Of a DNA stretch of 64,000 bases, positions 59,192 through 64,000 are shown piece after piece. The notes beneath the pieces are model-generated. The model had not been told where the DNA came from. It did not search any database and saw only the letters and a list, made by a program, of their open reading frames with translations. Source of the DNA: an uncultured delta proteobacterium (GTDB lineage: Bacteria > Myxococcota_A > Polyangia > Polyangiales > Polyangiaceae). The first letter of the stretch is position 1. Each line of letters begins with the position of its first letter. The translations under genes were made by a program, and so were the position numbers. The stretch covers positions 32,001 to 96,000 of the forward strand of contig CAVOKF010000005.1 of the NCBI GenBank assembly GCA_963696385.1. The letters run 5' to 3'.

Positions 59192-61903
59192 ATGCGGTTG
59201 TGCCCTCAGTGCGCCAGCTCCTGCGACGAAACGCACCGGTTTTGTCCGTCGTGCGGCTTCCCTCTCGCCAAGGTCGAAACCAGCCCGGACGACCCGCTCG
59301 TCGGACGGACGCTGCCGGGCGGATATGTCATTCTCGAACTAGTCGGCATCGGCGGGATGGGCCGTGTGTACCGGGCCGAGCAAACGAACCTCGGACGCAC
59401 GGTCGCCGTGAAGATCATCCATCCGCACTTGGTGGGAGAGGAGAACGCCGCCGCGCGCTTCATCACCGAGGCGCGCGCCGCCAGCCGGCTCAATCACCCC
59501 AACTCCGTCGGCATCATCGATTTCGGCAAGACAGCAGACGGGCAACTTTATCTGGTGATGGAGTTCCTGCGGGGCCGCGACCTCGCACGAGTGCTCTACG
59601 ACCAGGCTCCTTTGCCGTTCCGGCGTATCGTGGACGTCTTGCGCCAGGCTCTCGCCGCTCTCGCCGAGGCGCACAACGAGAACATCATCCACCGCGACCT
59701 GAAGCCGGAGAATATCATTCTCGAGCCGGCTCGATCGGGGGGCGATTTCGTGAAGGTCGTCGACTTTGGCCTGGCCAAGATGCGCGCGGAGACACAGGCC
59801 CCCGGGATCACCAGCCCGGGCATCGTTTGCGGTACTCCCGAGTACATGAGCCCGGAGCAAGCCCGCGGGGATCCGCTCGACGCGCGCAGCGACCTCTATT
59901 CGGTCGGCATTATTCTTTATCAGCTACTCACAGGTCGGCTGCCATTCGAAGCCGACTCTCCGACGCAGGTCGTGCTCGCGCACCTGACCCAGATTCCCAA
60001 GGACCCGCGCGACGTCGCGCCGGATCGCCGTATTCCCAAACCGCTCGTAGACGTGGCCCTTCGGTGCCTCGAGAAGGAACCGGTCGACCGCTATCAAGAT
60101 GCCGACGAGCTCTCCGCAGAGCTTGCACGGGTGCTCCATGTGATCGAAGAGCGTCCGGCCGCCGCGGGCGCCGAAGGCACGTCCCGTTGTCCGGTTTGCG
60201 ATGCGCTGAATCCGGCCTCGCAGAAGTTCTGCGGTGAATGCGGCGCCGCGAGCACGGTGGCCGGTCCATCCCGTGTCTCCTCACTTGCGCCGCCGTCGGC
60301 ACAGCCGTTGGTGTCCGCGTCGAGGTCCAGCGACCGATCCGCCCCGCTTCACGACAAGCTTTCGCCGCGACCCGGCGCACTTTCGTTCATCGGGCGAGTG
60401 GACGACATCGCTTGGCTCGACGCCCGCCGCGTCGAGGCCCGCTCGCTGTCTGGGGCGCGTGTCGTCGGCGAGGTCGGCACGGGCAAGACGCGTCTCGTTC
60501 AAGAGTTCCTCGATCAAGCGTCCCTCGACGGCGACATCGTTGTTCAAACGGGTCCGGACCCCGCCTGGGCGGAGGTCGGGTGTTGGGCGTTGCGCCGCGC
60601 AATCGTGCAGCTGGCTGCGCTTCCGCCGTCCGGCGGAGCATCGCGCGAGTGGGTCGCGGCGACCCCGGAAGCTCGTCGCGGGCTTTCGGACGTGTTCGAG
60701 CACGACACGCCTGAGCGGGGCGCCGGCCTTTCGCCGGACGAGCGCCGCTTTGCAGCCGCCGAAGCGCTTCGGTGGGCCATCGTGCGCGCGAGCGAGCGTG
60801 CACGCGGGCGCAAGGTCGTACTCGCAGTCGATGACCTGCATTCGGTTGACGGCGCCAGTCGGAATGCGCTTACCGACGCGTTGAGCGATCCTCCTCTGGT
60901 TCCCGCGCTCTTGGTTGCCGCGTATCCGCCCGGCTTCGAGCCCGGGTGGCCTGCGGATGTTGCGCCCGTCCGCGTGATCGGCGGCCTGGCGCGGAGCGAT
61001 GTCCTGAAAGCTCTTGCTCAGTCCGGGGGGCCGAGCATCCCCGCTTTGGGCGGGGCACGCACCATTGTCCCGCTCTACGTCGAACAATTGCTCAGCTTCC
61101 TGCGCGAGGAGTCCGGAGCGGTGCCGCCCGCACTGGCGGATCTCATTGCCGTTCGGGTCGAGCGTCTGCCGGCAGACGCTCGACGCGTCCTCCAGGCGGC
61201 CGCCGTCTGGGGCGACGACGCCGACGATGAAGTGCTGATGAAGATGTTGGCCGACGAAGTTGACCTCGTCGAAACGCTCGGTTTTCTCCGACGCGCCGGG
61301 ATGGTGAGGATTGGTGAAGACGGGATCCGTACTTCACACCCGCTCTTGCGCGAGGTGATTCTCGCTACGATTCCTGCCGCCGTGAAGCGCGAGCTCCACG
61401 CAGCAGCGGCGGATGTCTGCGATCAACGTGAGCTCTCGATCGAGGTGCGTGCTCTTCATCAGTACGGTGGCGGAAGCGCATTTCAGGCGCTGTTGTTGCT
61501 CGAGCGGGTCAGCGTTCTCGCAAGCGCGCGTGGGGACAATCAGGGGGCCATCATGGCGCTCCGGCGGGCGCTTGAGCTCGCGCGACGCGAATTGTTCCGA
61601 GGCGAACTCGACGATCCCGAGCGCGCAGTACTGATCTTCAGCCGGAAGCTCGGCGACGCCCTCGCAAAGAGCGGACAGCTCAACGACGCTGAAGGCGTTC
61701 TGCGAGAAGCGCTCGACGTCGCGGGGCCTAGCGGCAGTGATCGGGCGGCGGTGCTTGCCTCCCTCGCTCACGTCGCACATGGTCGGGATCGTCGCCAAGA
61801 GGCGCGAGATTATCTGCGTGAAGCTCTCGAGCTGGCGTCCCGATCCTCTTCACATGAAGTCCTAACCTTGCTCGAGACGCTGCGCCGTTCGATGGCATCT
61901 TGA
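59192..61903 (+). CDS. Ser/Thr protein kinase with zinc ribbons, P-loop (STAND/AAA-like) domain and TPR-like C-terminus
   Basis: CPQC..CPSC, 'GGMGRVY', 'HRDLKPEN', 'DFG', 'GTPEYMSPE', CPVC..CGEC, Walker A 'GEVGTGKT', Walker B 'LAVDD'. Confidence 0.92.
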   Translation: MRLCPQCASSCDETHRFCPSCGFPLAKVETSPDDPLVGRTLPGGYVILELVGIGGMGRVYRAEQTNLGRTVAVKIIHPHLVGEENAAARFITEARAASRLNHPNSVGIIDFGKTADGQLYLVMEFLRGRDLARVLYDQAPLPFRRIVDVLRQALAALAEAHNENIIHRDLKPENIILEPARSGGDFVKVVDFGLAKMRAETQAPGITSPGIVCGTPEYMSPEQARGDPLDARSDLYSVGIILYQLLTGRLPFEADSPTQVVLAHLTQIPKDPRDVAPDRRIPKPLVDVALRCLEKEPVDRYQDADELSAELARVLHVIEERPAAAGAEGTSRCPVCDALNPASQKFCGECGAASTVAGPSRVSSLAPPSAQPLVSASRSSDRSAPLHDKLSPRPGALSFIGRVDDIAWLDARRVEARSLSGARVVGEVGTGKTRLVQEFLDQASLDGDIVVQTGPDPAWAEVGCWALRRAIVQLAALPPSGGASREWVAATPEARRGLSDVFEHDTPERGAGLSPDERRFAAAEALRWAIVRASERARGRKVVLAVDDLHSVDGASRNALTDALSDPPLVPALLVAAYPPGFEPGWPADVAPVRVIGGLARSDVLKALAQSGGPSIPALGGARTIVPLYVEQLLSFLREESGAVPPALADLIAVRVERLPADARRVLQAAAVWGDDADDEVLMKMLADEVDLVETLGFLRRAGMVRIGEDGIRTSHPLLREVILATIPAAVKRELHAAAADVCDQRELSIEVRALHQYGGGSAFQALLLLERVSVLASARGDNQGAIMALRRALELARRELFRGELDDPERAVLIFSRKLGDALAKSGQLNDAEGVLREALDVAGPSGSDRAAVLASLAHVAHGRDRRQEARDYLREALELASRSSSHEVLTLLETLRRSMAS

Positions 61904-61940
61904 GAGCCCGGGGCTACTTTCCCCGGGGGACAACGTCTGC

Positions 61941-62951
61941 TTGGCCACCCACATAGCCCGCTGGGATCTCGACAAGACCTATCTCCGCACCGAGTTCGAC
62001 TCGCTGCGGGATATGGTCCGGACGGCGCTGGAGCGACCCGATCAAAAGCGGACGAACCCCGGCGCGTCGACACTGCTTCGCGAGATGGTTCGAGCGGGCA
62101 TTCGGGTGCATATTTTGTCTGGCTCGCCGGAGCAGATGCGACGGCGCTTGGAGGACAAGCTTCGCCTCGACGGAGTGACGTGGGACACGTTCACACTCAA
62201 GCCGAACCTGCAAAACCTCCTTCGCTTGCGCTTTCGCGCGGTGCGCGACCAACTCGGTTACAAACTGCCCGCGCTGTTGCAGGCGCGCGCGCATGTGACC
62301 GAAGCTGGCGAATCCGCAACGGCCTGGCACGAAACGCTCTTCGGCGACGACGCCGAGGCCGATGCGTACGTCTACTCGCTCTATGCAGACTTCGTGGCCG
62401 GGCGGGTCCCCGAAGACGTCTTGCTTCGGGTGATGCAGCGAGGACGCGTATATGACGACGTGGTCGCGGCGGCCATGGACGCAGCGCGGATCATCGCCCA
62501 CGCGGACGTGATCGAGCGCATCCTGATTCATCTCGAGAGGCAGACGCCGCCGGATGATTTCCGAGCTTACGGTTCGCGGGTCGTCCCCTTCTACAACTAT
62601 CTGCAGGCCGCCTTCGTCCTTCATGAGGATGCGCGTCTCGGCGCAGACGCAGTGCTACGCGTCGCCGTGGAGCTGGTCACGGAGCATCGATTCGACGGCG
62701 ACGCACTTGCGCGAAGTTATCTCGATCTGGTGCGGCGTGGGCATTTGCGTGGCGTGGGCATCGACCGGCTTGACTCGGCGCTAGGCCTGTGGCTCGAAGA
62801 GGAACGCCTTCCGGCCGGCGCCGAGCTTAAGACGATGCTGGCGCGCATACCTCTCATCGCCGCCCACGCGCGTGCCGGGTGGCGCGAGGCGGATGACCCG
62901 CTGCCCGATTACGTGTCCCTCGTCGGGGCGCACAACGCGCGCGGGCGGTGA
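61941..62951 (+). CDS. HAD-like (APP1/LNS2-type) phosphatase-domain protein
   Basis: 'WDLDKT' (DxDxT), 'ILSGSP', 'K', 'LFGDDAEAD'. Confidence 0.7.
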   Translation: MATHIARWDLDKTYLRTEFDSLRDMVRTALERPDQKRTNPGASTLLREMVRAGIRVHILSGSPEQMRRRLEDKLRLDGVTWDTFTLKPNLQNLLRLRFRAVRDQLGYKLPALLQARAHVTEAGESATAWHETLFGDDAEADAYVYSLYADFVAGRVPEDVLLRVMQRGRVYDDVVAAAMDAARIIAHADVIERILIHLERQTPPDDFRAYGSRVVPFYNYLQAAFVLHEDARLGADAVLRVAVELVTEHRFDGDALARSYLDLVRRGHLRGVGIDRLDSALGLWLEEERLPAGAELKTMLARIPLIAAHARAGWREADDPLPDYVSLVGAHNARGR

Positions 62952-62964
62952 GCTCCGATGTATC

Positions 62965-63780
62965 TCACACCCAAGCGTTGTTGAGGACTTCTCCGACGCC
63001 GCCAGCGCCCGGTACGATGTAATGATGGTCGTCGAGACCTCGCTCCTCGTCCCACCGCATTCCAGGAGTCGTGCCGAGCACGTCGGGAGGGCTCAATCCG
63101 CGGTCAAGGCGGAGTACGTACACTTCCGTTCGAGGGTGGGCGCGCAAGACGTTGCGCAAGTACTCGGGGGTCGCGATGAGGTGGATGGCAATGCATCGCT
63201 CGGGACGCCCGTCGAGGCGGGTGTTGTAATGGTCCAGAGCGCCGATCATCGACGAGCCCGTCGCCGCCATCGGGTCCGGGAAGAGGATGATGCGTTCGTC
63301 GACGTCGCGTCCGATTTTTGCGTCATGCCATGTCGCGCCCGTCACGTGGCCCGCGGGGTCCGTCGTCCTCGACATGAAGAGATGATCTTGGCGAACGCAT
63401 TGCGGATCCAAGAGCTCGTTGAGTAGATCGAACACCACCTGGGACGGGATGGTCCCGGCGCGCGCGATCCCGACTGTCACGACGCGTGTCTGGGAGGCGA
63501 TCCCGGTGCCACGAACCACGGCTTCGGGCGATGAAGTCACCATGCGTGTAGGGACGTCCATGCGCGCGCGCGGAAGCTCCGCTGAAAGGACGTTGTGAGC
63601 CATGCGTCCATAGAGCATGCGCAAGAGTCTGCCGACCTCGGGTTGTTGCGTGTCGCGGGCGCAAAATCGTGCGAGCAACGTAAAACTGGCCGGATCGTCC
63701 ATGAGGTGAACGTGCGATCCATATCGATGCTCGATTTCCGGAGGTCGGTACCGGCTTCGACTGTATGCGGTCTCGATCAT
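62965..63780 (-). CDS. upp: Uracil phosphoribosyltransferase
   Basis: 'IARAG', PRPP loop 'DPMAATGSS', C-terminal 'YIVPGAGGVG'. Confidence 0.85.
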   Translation of the reverse strand: MIETAYSRSRYRPPEIEHRYGSHVHLMDDPASFTLLARFCARDTQQPEVGRLLRMLYGRMAHNVLSAELPRARMDVPTRMVTSSPEAVVRGTGIASQTRVVTVGIARAGTIPSQVVFDLLNELLDPQCVRQDHLFMSRTTDPAGHVTGATWHDAKIGRDVDERIILFPDPMAATGSSMIGALDHYNTRLDGRPERCIAIHLIATPEYLRNVLRAHPRTEVYVLRLDRGLSPPDVLGTTPGMRWDEERGLDDHHYIVPGAGGVGEVLNNAWV

Positions 63781-64000
63781 TGCCGAGGTACCTTTGGCGC
63801 GGCGGGTCCAGCGCTCTAGATGACCTTTCCATTCATGATCCGCGCGGGTCGCGGCATTTTTCGGTCCTCACCGCGCCGACGATCCGCCGCGGGCCGGATG
63901 CTGCGTCGGCGATCCGTCAAGTCAACCGAGCCCGCTCGCTAGGTCCAATGGCCGGCGCGGAGCGCCGCTGCGTCGATGATTTTAACCTTGGGCCCCAGCG

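Overview
GC-rich bacterial chromosomal segment. Gene content (myxobacterial-type Ser/Thr kinase, GYF_2-like and MshEN proteins, IF-3 with a long C-terminal tail) suggests Myxococcota, probably Polyangiales; this is an inference. Most of the window is housekeeping: sdhC-like 3' end, ACT gene, sdhA-sdhB; nadE; hisIE; convergent gltX/glnS; pyruvoyl arginine decarboxylase; orphan ccmB; thrS-infC; and a dcw cluster (mraZ-rsmH-ftsL-ftsI-murE-murF-mraY-murD-ftsW-murG-murC-ftsQ-ftsA-ftsZ) lacking murB/ddl, with ftsI split by a 1-nt frameshift. One apparently intact IS4-family element (8099-9593) supplies the stop codon of an HTTM-domain gene. The best candidate for an undescribed system is the minus-strand operon at about 26.3-32.1 kb: decayed GMC oxidoreductase, GH3 acyl-adenylate/amido synthetase, myo-inositol-1-phosphate synthase, DegT-family aminotransferase and a flippase-like membrane protein. 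It reads like a pathway to an N-acylated amino-inositol lipid or envelope conjugate. No rRNA, tRNA or CRISPR array was recognised. All calls come from motif recognition by eye; no database search was run.
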